From assembly GCA_964461025.1 (NCBI GenBank), contig CAYWSE010000006.1, forward strand, positions 9,013 through 73,012: a stretch of DNA of 64,000 nucleotides. Reading direction: 5' to 3'. The notes beneath the pieces are model-generated. The model saw nothing but the letters and a program-made list of their open reading frames with translations, was not told the DNA's origin and made no database searches. The position numbers were made by a program, and so were the translations under genes. This stretch comes from an uncultured Sphaerobacteraceae bacterium. Lineage in GTDB: Bacteria > Chloroflexota > Chloroflexia > Thermomicrobiales > UBA6265. This document shows positions 26,677-36,321 of this stretch, piece by piece; positions within the stretch are counted from its first letter, which is position 1, and every line of letters starts with the position of its first letter.

Positions 26677-28014
26677 ATGGCATTGCTCGAACAACTCGAC
26701 GATGTGATCCAGGAGTCAATGGAACGGTGGGAGGTCCCAGGCGTGTCCGTTGGCATCCTCTATGACGGCGCGGTCGAGTTTGCCGGTCACGGCATCGCCA
26801 ATGCCGAGACGGGAGCGCCGGTCGCGCCGGAAACGCTCTTTCAGGTTGGCTCGATCAGCAAGGTCTTTACCGCCACTCTCTTGATGACTCTCGTCGACGA
26901 AGGCCGCATCGACGTCGAAGCGCCGATCGTCACGTATGTCCCGGAGCTCACGCTGCGAGACGCGAGCGCTCGTGGCGCGATCACGGTGCGCCATTTGTTG
27001 ACGCACATGTCCGGTTTCTACGGCGACCGCTTCGACAGTCACGGCGATGGCGACGATGCCCTGGCGCGCGCCGTCGCGGCGTTTGTCGATCTTCCCCAGC
27101 AGACCCGGCCCGGAGAGCTCTGGACGTACTGCAACGCCGGCATCGACCTCCTGGGCCGGGCGATCGAAAACATGCTTGGCATTCCCTTCGAGCAGGCGAT
27201 GAAAGAACGTCTCTTCGATCCACTCGGACTCGAACGCTCCACCTACTTCGCCAGCGAAGCGATCATGCACTCGGTAGCCGTCGGGCACGCCGGCGGCGGG
27301 GGAGAACCGGTGCGAACGGTTGCGCCATGGCCGGTGCCTCGCCGTACACATCCCGCCGGCGGGGTCGTCTCCAATGTCCTCGAGCTTCTGCGCTTTGCCG
27401 GCTGTCACATGAACGACGGCGAACTGGGCGGTGTGCGCGTCATCTCCGCCGATGCCGCCCGTGCTATGCGCACGATACAGACGCCCGCCGACTTTGGAAG
27501 GAGCTGGGGTTTCGGCTGGCTTATGCGGTCTGTCGGCGACACGCACACCGTTGAACACGGCGGCGCCACCAACGGCTTCACGGCCCGGCTTCTGACTGTT
27601 CCTGAGCGGAAATTCGCGGTCGCCATTCTGACAAATCACGACAATGGTGGCGCGGTGCATGGCGCCATCGCGAACGCGGCATTGAGCCGGCTGCTGTCTC
27701 TCGACACTCCGGCCCCGGCCACGATCGAGCTCGATCGCGAAGCGCTGTCGCGATTGCAGGGGCATTTTCATCACGGTCTCGCCGACATCACCTTCCGTCT
27801 GGAAGGCGACGACCTCATCATGCACCGTGTCGACCACGAGCCCTTCCGCGACGAGGAGGACGTTCACGCTCCGGCAAGAGCTGTGCCAATCTCGGCGACC
27901 GAGGTCATCATCGCCGAGGGCCTCTACGAAGGCGCGGTGGCCGAGTTCTTCTGGAATGCGGACGGTTCACCGCGCTTCATCCGTATGGGAGGCCGGCTCG
28001 GTCATCCCAGGTAG
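26677..28014 (+). CDS. Serine hydrolase of the beta-lactamase/transpeptidase fold (class C/AmpH-like)
   Basis: SxxK motif in GSISKVFTA, plus LLTHMSG in a 445-aa ORF. Confidence 0.85.
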   Translation: MALLEQLDDVIQESMERWEVPGVSVGILYDGAVEFAGHGIANAETGAPVAPETLFQVGSISKVFTATLLMTLVDEGRIDVEAPIVTYVPELTLRDASARGAITVRHLLTHMSGFYGDRFDSHGDGDDALARAVAAFVDLPQQTRPGELWTYCNAGIDLLGRAIENMLGIPFEQAMKERLFDPLGLERSTYFASEAIMHSVAVGHAGGGGEPVRTVAPWPVPRRTHPAGGVVSNVLELLRFAGCHMNDGELGGVRVISADAARAMRTIQTPADFGRSWGFGWLMRSVGDTHTVEHGGATNGFTARLLTVPERKFAVAILTNHDNGGAVHGAIANAALSRLLSLDTPAPATIELDREALSRLQGHFHHGLADITFRLEGDDLIMHRVDHEPFRDEEDVHAPARAVPISATEVIIAEGLYEGAVAEFFWNADGSPRFIRMGGRLGHPR

Positions 28015-28109
28015 GCGAACCGGCACAAGCAGGGCGGCTCGATCCTGCGGCAGTTTTCCGCCCGGCCGCCGTTCCGGTGGTTGGTCTGCTGTCCTGCCGT
28101 CGCCGGAGA

Positions 28110-29756
28110 CTATGGTTCGGGGGCCTCGGTCGTTGTCGCAGGATCTGGCGGAAACGTGGTCATCTCCGGCTCGCTTGTGGTCGTCGAGGTTGTCGGACTG
28201 GTTACGTTCGTTTCAACGGCCGGAATGGCCTCGGGTTCACCGGCGCACATGGCGTCATAAACGCAATCGGCGAAAAGCGCTGGCGCCGTCGGATAGATTC
28301 TGCTGCAGTTGGTGATGATCTGCGCCAGGATGTTTGGCGGGGCCGGAGTGACTCCTTCCGAACAATCCCAACTCTCCCAACAGGCTGATGCAAGTACGCA
28401 TTCTGCGAACGCTTCGTCATCTGTTGGGAAGTTCTCCCGGCATATACCCTTGATTGCTTCGAACACCGAAGCCAGAGGCAGTTCGCTTGCGCCAGGACAA
28501 ACCCATGCTGGGGGTGATGTAGTGGTCGTGGGCTGTTCGGTCGTGGTCGTCGGCGCTTCGCAGGGCTGATTCGCGTCCTGGCAAGCTCCATTGCAGCAGA
28601 TCATTCCGCTCTCGCAACAGCCCTCGGACCCCGGACAACAAATGGGAAGAGTGCTCGGACAACAATGAGACCCAACACCGCAGCATATGGCCTCGGGATA
28701 TGGGCAGCACCCCCATTGACCCGCACTGAGAGGACAGCACGTTTCTAATCCGCCACAGGTACCCGCCGGGCAGGTTGAACCGGCACACGAACTGCCCGAA
28801 GCCGGTTCGCATCGACCGTCACAGCAGATATGGTCTGGAGACACGCCACACTGGGCCTCGTTCGCATCGGTGTCGGCAACGCATTCATGACTGCCGTCGC
28901 AAACCTGACAATCAGGGCAGTCTCCCGTGCCGCCCTGTGCTACGGCTACGCAGGTGTTGGCGATGCATGCCCAGCACGCTTCATTGCCGCTTGCTGTTAG
29001 CTGCGGACAATCCGGGTTATTGCAGCATTGATACGCGGGATCAATGCACGTTGGCGTACCGAGACCTTCATTCCGGCACACGACTCGGCCTGCAGGACAG
29101 CAAGTGAGACCCGGTCTGGCAGGTTGCGGCGCGCTGGTCGGTGAAATCGGTTCGAAAACGAACGTCGACGATGGATCGAAGCAGGCGCCGTCGCAGCATC
29201 GATCGTCGCAGGTGAGGTGAGTGGGACAGCACACTTCTTCCTGGACAAACGGACCCTCCGGGAAAACGCGGGTAAGGCAGGTATGGGTGGCGTTGCAGCA
29301 CTCTCTGTCGCAGCACTGCTCCGAAGTAGGGCAGCACTCCAAACCGCATGGAAACGATCCGTGGCCATCCTGCCCATCACAGCAAAAGTCCGCGTTGCCT
29401 GAACGAGCGCACGTCCCCGCAGAGCAGCAAACCAGGCCTCCCGTGCATACAACATCACCAGGCACATCGCAGCATGTACCGTCGCGTCTGCACGCGTCTT
29501 CGGGACAGCAGGTGGAACCGCACGCCGACTCGCCAGGTGGGCAGGTGGTCGTCGTCGGGATTGTGGGCTTGGCCGGCGGTGGAACCGTTGGTCGTGTCGA
29601 AATCGATCGCGCATCGACCCCTGGGGTCGGCAGGATGCCACCGGCCGACGCTCCGCCAAGTCCAATCAAACCCTTGAGGAGGCTGCGCCGAGATGCACGA
29701 GTGGCGAACGAGCGCACAAACCAGTCGAACTGCTGGCCGTCCAAGTTCAGTACCAC
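28110..29756 (-). CDS. Tat-signal, extremely cysteine-rich secreted protein with granulin-like CC-ladder modules and Thr/Pro linkers
   Basis: Twin-arginine motif SRRSLLKGLIGLGGASAGG. About 72 Cys in 548 aa by my count. CCPLSAGQWGCCPYPEAICCGVGSHCCP has the granulin spacing. Two C-terminal copies of a (I/F)..I...C....PT....FA.CV....C motif. Confidence 0.8.
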   Translation of the reverse strand: MVLNLDGQQFDWFVRSFATRASRRSLLKGLIGLGGASAGGILPTPGVDARSISTRPTVPPPAKPTIPTTTTCPPGESACGSTCCPEDACRRDGTCCDVPGDVVCTGGLVCCSAGTCARSGNADFCCDGQDGHGSFPCGLECCPTSEQCCDRECCNATHTCLTRVFPEGPFVQEEVCCPTHLTCDDRCCDGACFDPSSTFVFEPISPTSAPQPARPGLTCCPAGRVVCRNEGLGTPTCIDPAYQCCNNPDCPQLTASGNEACWACIANTCVAVAQGGTGDCPDCQVCDGSHECVADTDANEAQCGVSPDHICCDGRCEPASGSSCAGSTCPAGTCGGLETCCPLSAGQWGCCPYPEAICCGVGSHCCPSTLPICCPGSEGCCESGMICCNGACQDANQPCEAPTTTTEQPTTTTSPPAWVCPGASELPLASVFEAIKGICRENFPTDDEAFAECVLASACWESWDCSEGVTPAPPNILAQIITNCSRIYPTAPALFADCVYDAMCAGEPEAIPAVETNVTSPTTSTTTSEPEMTTFPPDPATTTEAPEP

Positions 29757-29936
29757 CTTCCCGAAATGCGATGGAAGTACGAGTGCGTGCTGATGATTAT
29801 GTCGCTATGGGCGATTCTGGTCAACCTGAGAGGCGATCAGCGAGGAATGTCTCCGCTACTCCATGTCGCCCGGGTAGTGGAGGACATTCGCGTCCGTCGC
29901 ACAGCTATCCCCACGCTCATCACATGAGATCGGGTG

Positions 29937-29955
29937 TCTCGTCCCTGGGACGAGA
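29937..29955 (-). terminator. Stem-loop downstream of the serine-hydrolase gene, with no U-tract
   Basis: tctcgtcc-ctg-ggacgaga forms an 8-bp stem, flanked by gagat/atctc, about 40 nt after the stop at 29994. Confidence 0.35.
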
Positions 29956-29993
29956 TCTCAGAGCATCAGCGGTGTGCACCAGTCAACGACGCG

Positions 29994-31277
29994 TTAGTCT
30001 CCAGGTTCGGCCGAGGCCTCTTCGTCGGCCGCAGGCCGTTCGAGAATCACCTCCGGATCCTTGATCACGTCCCGCGCATCGAGGGGCGTTCCGAAAACAA
30101 CCTCGACCACACCGTGATCCTCCATTGCCTGTGCCGATACCGGTGGAACATTCTGTTGCCCTGTCGCCACCAGCGCCAGCCGTTGAATCACTTCATGCGC
30201 TCGGCCGTCCCAGATGAGTCCCTCCGAAAGGGCCGCCAGCACTCGTGGCTGGCCCGGCGTGAAGATCACGCCGACATCGTGTACCGCGTGGATGAGATTG
30301 CCGGGTTTGTGCGCGGTGCTGAATCGCGAGTCGAGAAGCACCGGTATGCGGTCGTCGATCTCCTGAAACCGCAAAATCGAGAGGATTTGTTCGCTGACGT
30401 ATGGACTGACAACCGTGCCCTGTATCAGACCGAGCTGATAAGCGGCCATATCGCGCGCGGTGGTCAGATTCACTGGACCGGTCGCTTCGAAATTCTCCTC
30501 GATGAACGCCCGGGCGACAGCGGCTTCTGCGTCGGTGCTGTCCTCGCCGGGTGTGGGTGGCCAGAGCGACGTCGTTGCGGGGTCGACATAAAAGTATGTC
30601 TGAGCCATGCCCGATTCCCGAGCCGTTTGCGTCAGCGATTCCCAGTTGGTGAAGCCAAGCAGAATCCGGGCCGAGACATTGCTCGAGTAGTCGCCGACGT
30701 AGTAGAGCAACTCCCGGATCGTGGCAGTGCTTCCGATGTCCGCTGCTGTGAAGAATGTGTCCCCGTCGTCTCCCTCGACAAACAGTTCCGGAGCCAGATA
30801 GATCTCCTGATCGAGAGAAATTTCGCCCCGCTCAACGCGCTTCAATATGTCGGCCATGACGATCAGCTTGTAGAGACTGGCCGTGATGAAGGGAATCGTC
30901 GAGTTGCGCGAGTAGAGCACCTGGCCCTCGTCGTCCAGAATGACAACGCCGAAAACGCCGTCTTCCTGGTCGATCAGACCGTCGGCGATACTCCGCATCT
31001 CCGGAGGCCATTCGTCGGTATAGGGAATCGGCGTTTGGGTTGGCTCCGGCGTATTCGTCGCGGTTGGCATCGGCGTCGGCGAAACGCCAATCGAGAGCGG
31101 GGTCTGAACCTCTGATGTGGGAGAAAATTGCTGGGAGACTTCACCGCCTCGTTGCGAACCCATTCCCGCTGATCCACACCCCGAAAGCACCAAAATGCAC
31201 AGCGCTATGAGCGCCATGCCTCTGTTTCTGGAGGCATGAACCGAGCGAATCTGAATTCGTTGGTGCGAGCGAATCAT
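29994..31277 (-). CDS. Lipoprotein, class A beta-lactamase-related serine hydrolase
   Basis: Lipobox LVLSGCGS after a basic N-region (start 31277; alternatives at 31217 and 31331). SxxK motif in FITASLYKLIV. Confidence 0.75.
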   Translation of the reverse strand: MIRSHQRIQIRSVHASRNRGMALIALCILVLSGCGSAGMGSQRGGEVSQQFSPTSEVQTPLSIGVSPTPMPTATNTPEPTQTPIPYTDEWPPEMRSIADGLIDQEDGVFGVVILDDEGQVLYSRNSTIPFITASLYKLIVMADILKRVERGEISLDQEIYLAPELFVEGDDGDTFFTAADIGSTATIRELLYYVGDYSSNVSARILLGFTNWESLTQTARESGMAQTYFYVDPATTSLWPPTPGEDSTDAEAAVARAFIEENFEATGPVNLTTARDMAAYQLGLIQGTVVSPYVSEQILSILRFQEIDDRIPVLLDSRFSTAHKPGNLIHAVHDVGVIFTPGQPRVLAALSEGLIWDGRAHEVIQRLALVATGQQNVPPVSAQAMEDHGVVEVVFGTPLDARDVIKDPEVILERPAADEEASAEPGD

Positions 31278-31483
31278 GCTACTTTCGGACGCAATAAAAC
31301 TCTGATTTGGCGATCCCACCACTATCGCCATGAAGCACTCTGCAACGTGTCGGTACGGCCGTTTCCGGCAAGGCCCTCAGTGCCTGCGGTGTTCGCCAGG
31401 CGAAACGCGGCAAGGGTACCACTTCGACCAGCGCCGCCCGCGGCAAAACCGCCCAGCAAACTCCCAGCTTCTCGGATCAAGTC

Positions 31484-32254
31484 TCAATTGAAATACGAAT
31501 CGCAGGCCTTGTTGTTTCCGTCAGGGTCGAGGTCCGACCGCATCTCCGGAAACATCTCCATGAAGTCCTGCGCTTCGTCCTTCGTATTGAAGAAGGAACA
31601 GACCAGGTTCTCGTCCGAATCGCTGATGGGCGTCTTCGTCCGATCGATCGGCGCCGAATCCGGAATGTCGTCATCCTCGAGATCGGGATCGAGACTCACG
31701 GACGCGTCGCAAGCCGTCCACATGCCGCGACCTTCCTTGATCGCCCGTCTCTCGGCATCATCGAGCCGGTCCTGATACGCAAGGTTTGGTGGATAGTCCC
31801 GCGCCACGGCGAATCCTTCTTCCACCAGTTGTTCATTCAAAAAGATGACTTCATGATCGTCCGTTCCAGAGACATACCAGACGTAGCGCAGCAATCGGTC
31901 GTTCGGATCGACCGGATTGACATCGCGCACGACCCAGATTTCGTCCGCCGACAGGAGCAGGCTTTCCGTGCGGTTGGTCGCATTCGTGCCGTAACACTCA
32001 GGTTCGTTGCCGTAGGCATAGCTCGTTTCGGGCGTGTCGATCCCGATCAGCCGGATGCGGTCCCTGTCGATGCCTGGACCAAGATCGTAGTCGACGTCAA
32101 ATGTGTCGCCGTCGATGACCGCGATGAACTCGACCTGCACGGCGCCTTCGGGAATCTCTTCCTCCTCCTTGTCGCTTTGCGCTGCTGCCACGCCGGTTGC
32201 CAACAGCGACACAGACAGTGCCAGGAGAAGAAGGAGTCTGATTGCGCGAGTCAC
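31484..32254 (-). CDS. Secreted thermonuclease (SNase-like) with C-terminal Excalibur Ca-binding domain
   Basis: GTG at 32254 lies 5 nt after GGAG. Signal peptide VTRAIRLLLLLALSVSLLATGVAAAQ. SNase block IRLIGIDTPE. C-terminal CSFFNTKDEAQ...DPDGNNKAC. Confidence 0.8.
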   Translation of the reverse strand: MTRAIRLLLLLALSVSLLATGVAAAQSDKEEEEIPEGAVQVEFIAVIDGDTFDVDYDLGPGIDRDRIRLIGIDTPETSYAYGNEPECYGTNATNRTESLLLSADEIWVVRDVNPVDPNDRLLRYVWYVSGTDDHEVIFLNEQLVEEGFAVARDYPPNLAYQDRLDDAERRAIKEGRGMWTACDASVSLDPDLEDDDIPDSAPIDRTKTPISDSDENLVCSFFNTKDEAQDFMEMFPEMRSDLDPDGNNKACDSYFN

Positions 32255-32565
32255 GATTGCTCCACCACCTCGATAACCATTGATCGTGTCAGCCGGTAAG
32301 AATACTCGCTCGATTGACATCCTCGATGTACTGAAGAAGACGCAGCAGTGGCGCCTTGTCCCGCAGGTGGCGAGATGCAACACACACGCGGGCCGTAGCG
32401 GCGGCGCCTTGTGCCCGCCGGTGGCGATGCGGTACGGAGCGAACGTAGAGAGCGACGTGCCGCTGAGCCACAACTGCGCGCCGCAAAGCACCATCGTGCC
32501 CTCGATGCTGCGCTACGATTCCTGCCACAAAACCGATTCCTTCTTACTCACAAGGAGTTTCCTCG

Positions 32566-34254
32566 ATGTCGGCACAGGTTACGGATCCGCAGCCCTTCGA
32601 TCCGCGACCGATTGCTGACGTCGCCGCCGACATTGGTCTGACTGACGACGACCTCATCTCCTACGGCAACAACATCGCCAAGATTCGTCTCGACCGCCCG
32701 GTGCGCGTTTCAGGCAAGCGCGGCAAGTACGTCGTCGTCACCTCGATCTCCCCCACGCCCTTCGGCGAAGGCAAAACGACGATGTCGATCGGTCTCGCCC
32801 AGGGCGCCTGGAAAGCCGGCGTCCGCTCGATTGCCGCGCTCAGACAACCCTCACTTGGCCCCTCATTCGGCATCAAGGGCGGAGGCGCCGGCGGCGGCCT
32901 TTCGACCCTCGTCCCCGCCAGCGACATCAACATGCACTTTACCGGCGATGCTCATGCCGTCACGGCCGCGCACAACGCCTGCTCCGCTTTTCTAGACAAC
33001 CATCTCCACCATGGCAACGAGCTGGACATCGACCCGGCCTCGATCATCTGGCCGCGGGTGATCGACATGAACGATCGCGCGCTGCGTTCGGTGACGGTCG
33101 GCCAGGGACCGAAAGACGGACCCGAACGACAGAGCATCTTCGAAATCACCGCCGCGTCAGAGGTGATGTCAATTCTCTCTGTCTCCACCTCCTGGCAGGA
33201 TTTGCGCGATCGCCTCGCCGCGATCGTCGTTGCGGACAATCGACATGGTCGACCAGTCACCGCCGGCGATCTCCAGATTGCCGGCGGCATGGCCGCGCTG
33301 ATGCGGGACGCGCTGCAACCGAATCTCGTCCAGACCCGCGAAGGAACCCCCGCCCTCCTGCACAGTGGGCCGTTCGGCAACGTCGCGCTCGGCAACTCGT
33401 CGATCATCGCCGACCAGATCGCGCTGCACCATGCCGACATGGTTATCACCGAAGCTGGTTTTGGCACTGATCTCGGTTTTGAGAAGTTCTGCAATGTCAA
33501 ATGCCGGATGAGTGGGTTGACGCCCGGCGCGGCGGTCATCGTCGTCACGATCCGCAGCCTGAAAGCACATTCCGGCCGGTTCACTGTGAAGCCGGGCAAA
33601 CCGCTCGACCCCGGTCTCGAGCGAGAAGATCTGGAGGCGTTGGAGCTCGGACTGCCAAATCTGGTCAAGCACATCGAAAACGTCCGCTGGTATGGCATTC
33701 CCGCGGTCGTCGCGATCAATTCCTGGCCGAACGACACGCATCGCGAGATCGACAGGGTCTCGGAGGCCGCCCGTGCCGCCGGAGCTGATATGACCGTTGT
33801 GGCTGACGTTTTCGACCGGGGCGGCAATGGCGCCATCGACCTGGCCATCGCCGTTTTGGCAGCGTGCGATCAATCGACAGCATTCCGCTTTGCCTACGAG
33901 CTCGACCAGCCGGTTCAGCACAAGATCGAGCAGATCGCAGGCATCATGTATGGAGCGGACGGTGTCGATTACGAACCGGCTGCGCTCGATGCCATTGCGC
34001 GCTTCGAAGCGAATGGCTTCGGCGCGTTGCCGATCTGCATGGCAAAGACTCAGTACTCACTTTCCGGCGATCCCAAGCTCCTGGCCAGACCAGAAGGCTT
34101 CCGATTGACGATTCGCGACGTGAAACTCTACGCCGGCGCAGGTTATCTGGTGCCGATCACGGGGAACATCATGCTCATGCCCGGACTGGGACGAAATCCC
34201 TCCGGCTTCGGCATCGACCTCTTGCCCGACGGCACGATCGTCGGGCTCTCCTGA
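32566..34254 (+). CDS. fhs: Formate--tetrahydrofolate ligase
   Basis: PTPFGEGKTT P-loop and family-typical length (562 aa), with blocks such as EAGFG.DLG.EKF. Confidence 0.95.
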   Translation: MSAQVTDPQPFDPRPIADVAADIGLTDDDLISYGNNIAKIRLDRPVRVSGKRGKYVVVTSISPTPFGEGKTTMSIGLAQGAWKAGVRSIAALRQPSLGPSFGIKGGGAGGGLSTLVPASDINMHFTGDAHAVTAAHNACSAFLDNHLHHGNELDIDPASIIWPRVIDMNDRALRSVTVGQGPKDGPERQSIFEITAASEVMSILSVSTSWQDLRDRLAAIVVADNRHGRPVTAGDLQIAGGMAALMRDALQPNLVQTREGTPALLHSGPFGNVALGNSSIIADQIALHHADMVITEAGFGTDLGFEKFCNVKCRMSGLTPGAAVIVVTIRSLKAHSGRFTVKPGKPLDPGLEREDLEALELGLPNLVKHIENVRWYGIPAVVAINSWPNDTHREIDRVSEAARAAGADMTVVADVFDRGGNGAIDLAIAVLAACDQSTAFRFAYELDQPVQHKIEQIAGIMYGADGVDYEPAALDAIARFEANGFGALPICMAKTQYSLSGDPKLLARPEGFRLTIRDVKLYAGAGYLVPITGNIMLMPGLGRNPSGFGIDLLPDGTIVGLS

Positions 34255-34330
34255 GCCGCAGAGTTGTCACCAAGAGCGCGGATCAAGAGTCTCGTCAATA
34301 AACGAAGCACCATCATTCCGTGCTTCTCGA

Positions 34331-34359
34331 GAAATCTCCCGCCGCAACGGGAGGCCACC
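34331..34359 (+). repeat. Fragment of the dispersed ...aatctcccgccgcagcgg... module, hairpin-forming version
   Basis: gaaatctcccgccgcaacgggaggccacc contains the stem ctcccg/cgggag and matches the 3' part of the modules at 8143-8210, 41034-41082, 61699-61768 and 63097-63166. Confidence 0.6.
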
Positions 34360-34604
34360 TCCGGCCAAGGTCGAATGTGGAGCAGGACGATGCTACCGCC
34401 GGTCGATCCACGACCCCGTTCGCGCCGTTCTTCAACCTTTGGACCGTGACAGCAATGCCTCTCCGGTCTTAAGATGATCCCGGATGAGCGCCGTCGCGCA
34501 TTGCCGCTGCCGGACACATTCCTGTGAGACCGTATGGCGAGCTCGTTCGCCTTGGTTGCAATCGAATGACTGCCCTGGGCAGTCTGGATAGAGGAGAAAT
34601 GCGT

Positions 34605-35099
34605 ATGGCGTCGTTGACAGCATGGAAAATGGATACCGTTGATGGTGCAGAGAGATTGCTGACGGTCCTGAGGGACGTGGAGAAGCAGCAACTTCTGAAC
34701 ATTCAGGATGGCGCCATCGTCAAGTGGGAAGAGGGCAAGAAGAAGCCAAAGACCGAGCAGCTGGTCGGTACAACCGGCGCAGGCGCCCTCGGCGGCGCAT
34801 TCTGGGGCATGCTGTTTGGTTTGATCTTCCTGGTGCCCTTCCTCGGCATGGCCATCGGTGCGGCTATGGGCGCACTCGCTGGCCACTTCACCGACTATGG
34901 CATTGACGACAAATTCATCGACACCGTCAAAGCGGAAGTGACCCAGGGCACCTCGGCACTTTTCCTCCTCTCTGAGAGCACAGCGCCCGATCGCGTCATC
35001 GACGCCGTCAAAGCCGCAGGACTCGACCCCACGCTCATCGCCAGCAACCTGACCAAAGATCAGGAAGCCCAACTCCGCAACGACTTCGGCGACGAATAA
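34605..35099 (+). CDS. DUF1269 family membrane protein
   Basis: GAGGAG lies 8 nt before the ATG at 34605. Gly-zipper TM block GAGALGGAFWGMLFGLIFLVPFLGMAIGAAMGALAG is followed by DYGIDDKFI. Confidence 0.8.
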   Translation: MASLTAWKMDTVDGAERLLTVLRDVEKQQLLNIQDGAIVKWEEGKKKPKTEQLVGTTGAGALGGAFWGMLFGLIFLVPFLGMAIGAAMGALAGHFTDYGIDDKFIDTVKAEVTQGTSALFLLSESTAPDRVIDAVKAAGLDPTLIASNLTKDQEAQLRNDFGDE

Positions 35100-35118
35100 C
35101 CAAAAGGCAATTGAACCA

Positions 35119-35190
35119 CCCCTCTCCCGCAGTCGGGAGAGGGGCCAGGGATGGAGGAAATGAGAACCCTCTCCCGCGGTCGGGAGAGGG
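35119..35190. repeat. Two tandem copies of the ccctctcccg-NNNN-cgggagaggg hairpin repeat between convergent genes
   Basis: Hairpins at 35119-35144 (11-bp stem) and 35167-35190 (10-bp stem). The second, with its flanks, is identical to 52832-52866. Confidence 0.8.
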
Positions 35191-35211
35191 CAGGGTGAGG
35201 GAAACTTCCGC

Positions 35212-36153
35212 CTAAAACGTCACGTGCTCGTACCCCTTCAATCCCAGCATCGCCCGCGCTTCTTCCGGCGTCGCAACATCGAGCGACAACTCGTTGAGAA
35301 TCCGCACGATCTTCCCCACCTGATCGGCATTGCTCGTCGCCAGCTCGCCCTTGCCGAGATAGAGATTGTCTTCCATCCCCACCCGCACGTTCCCGCCCAT
35401 AATTGCGCCCATCGTCACCAGATTGAACTGATGCCGCCCCGCGCCGAGAATCGACCAGACGTACTCGTCGCCGAACAGTCGGTCCGCGGTCCGCTTCATG
35501 TGCATCAGGTCCTCCGGATCGGCGCCGATCCCGCCCATGATGCCGAAGATCGTCTGCACCAGAAACGGCGTCTTGATCAACCCCAGGTCGAGAAAATAGG
35601 CGAGGTTGTAGAGGTGACCCACGTCATAGCATTCGAACTCGAACCGCGTGCCATGCGTTTCACCAACCTCTTTCAGCACCCACTCGATGTCGGTGTATGT
35701 GTTGCGAAAGATGTAGTTGCGTGACGCCTCCAGATCCGCCGCTTCCCAGTCGTATTTGAACTCCTTGATCCGGTTGGCGATGCCGAACCGTCCGAAGTTC
35801 ATTGACCCCATGTTCAGTGAGCACATTTCCGGCGAAAAGCGCCGCGCCGCCGCGGTTCGCTCCTCGAGCGTCATCCCCTGACCGCCGCCGGTCGTGATGT
35901 TGACGACGGCTTCGGTTCGTTCCTTTATTTCCGGCAGAAAGAGTGCATACATGTCGGGATCGGGCGTCGGTTTCCCGGACTCGGGATTGCGGGCATGCAA
36001 GTGCAAAATCGCTGCCCCCGCATCCGCCGCCGCCACCGCATCCGTGGCTATCTGCTCCGGCGTCAACGGTAAATACGGCGATTGCGACGGCACATGCACC
36101 GCCCCGGTAACCGCACAGGTGACGATGACTTTTCTGCTCCCCGATCCTGCCAT
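35212..36153 (-). CDS. 3-keto-5-aminohexanoate cleavage enzyme family (BKACE, DUF849)
   Basis: ATG at 36153 follows GAGGGGAAGCA. Blocks VIVTCAVTGA, AILHLHARNP and NVRVGMEDNLY. The remaining 5' part of the 550-aa ORF is not protein-like. Confidence 0.85.
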   Translation of the reverse strand: MAGSGSRKVIVTCAVTGAVHVPSQSPYLPLTPEQIATDAVAAADAGAAILHLHARNPESGKPTPDPDMYALFLPEIKERTEAVVNITTGGGQGMTLEERTAAARRFSPEMCSLNMGSMNFGRFGIANRIKEFKYDWEAADLEASRNYIFRNTYTDIEWVLKEVGETHGTRFEFECYDVGHLYNLAYFLDLGLIKTPFLVQTIFGIMGGIGADPEDLMHMKRTADRLFGDEYVWSILGAGRHQFNLVTMGAIMGGNVRVGMEDNLYLGKGELATSNADQVGKIVRILNELSLDVATPEEARAMLGLKGYEHVTF

Positions 36154-36321
36154 TGCTTCCCCTCTCGATTTCACTCGTGTCTGTTGTTGCACACATTGTC
36201 GTGCATCTTGGGCGCTCTGAGGAATGGCGCTGTCGTTCCAAGCTGGTTTCGTGACGGTCCCGTCAGCAACTGGTAGGCTGGCGCATCCGTTCGCCGCGCT
36301 GATTGGGACGAGGACAAATTC

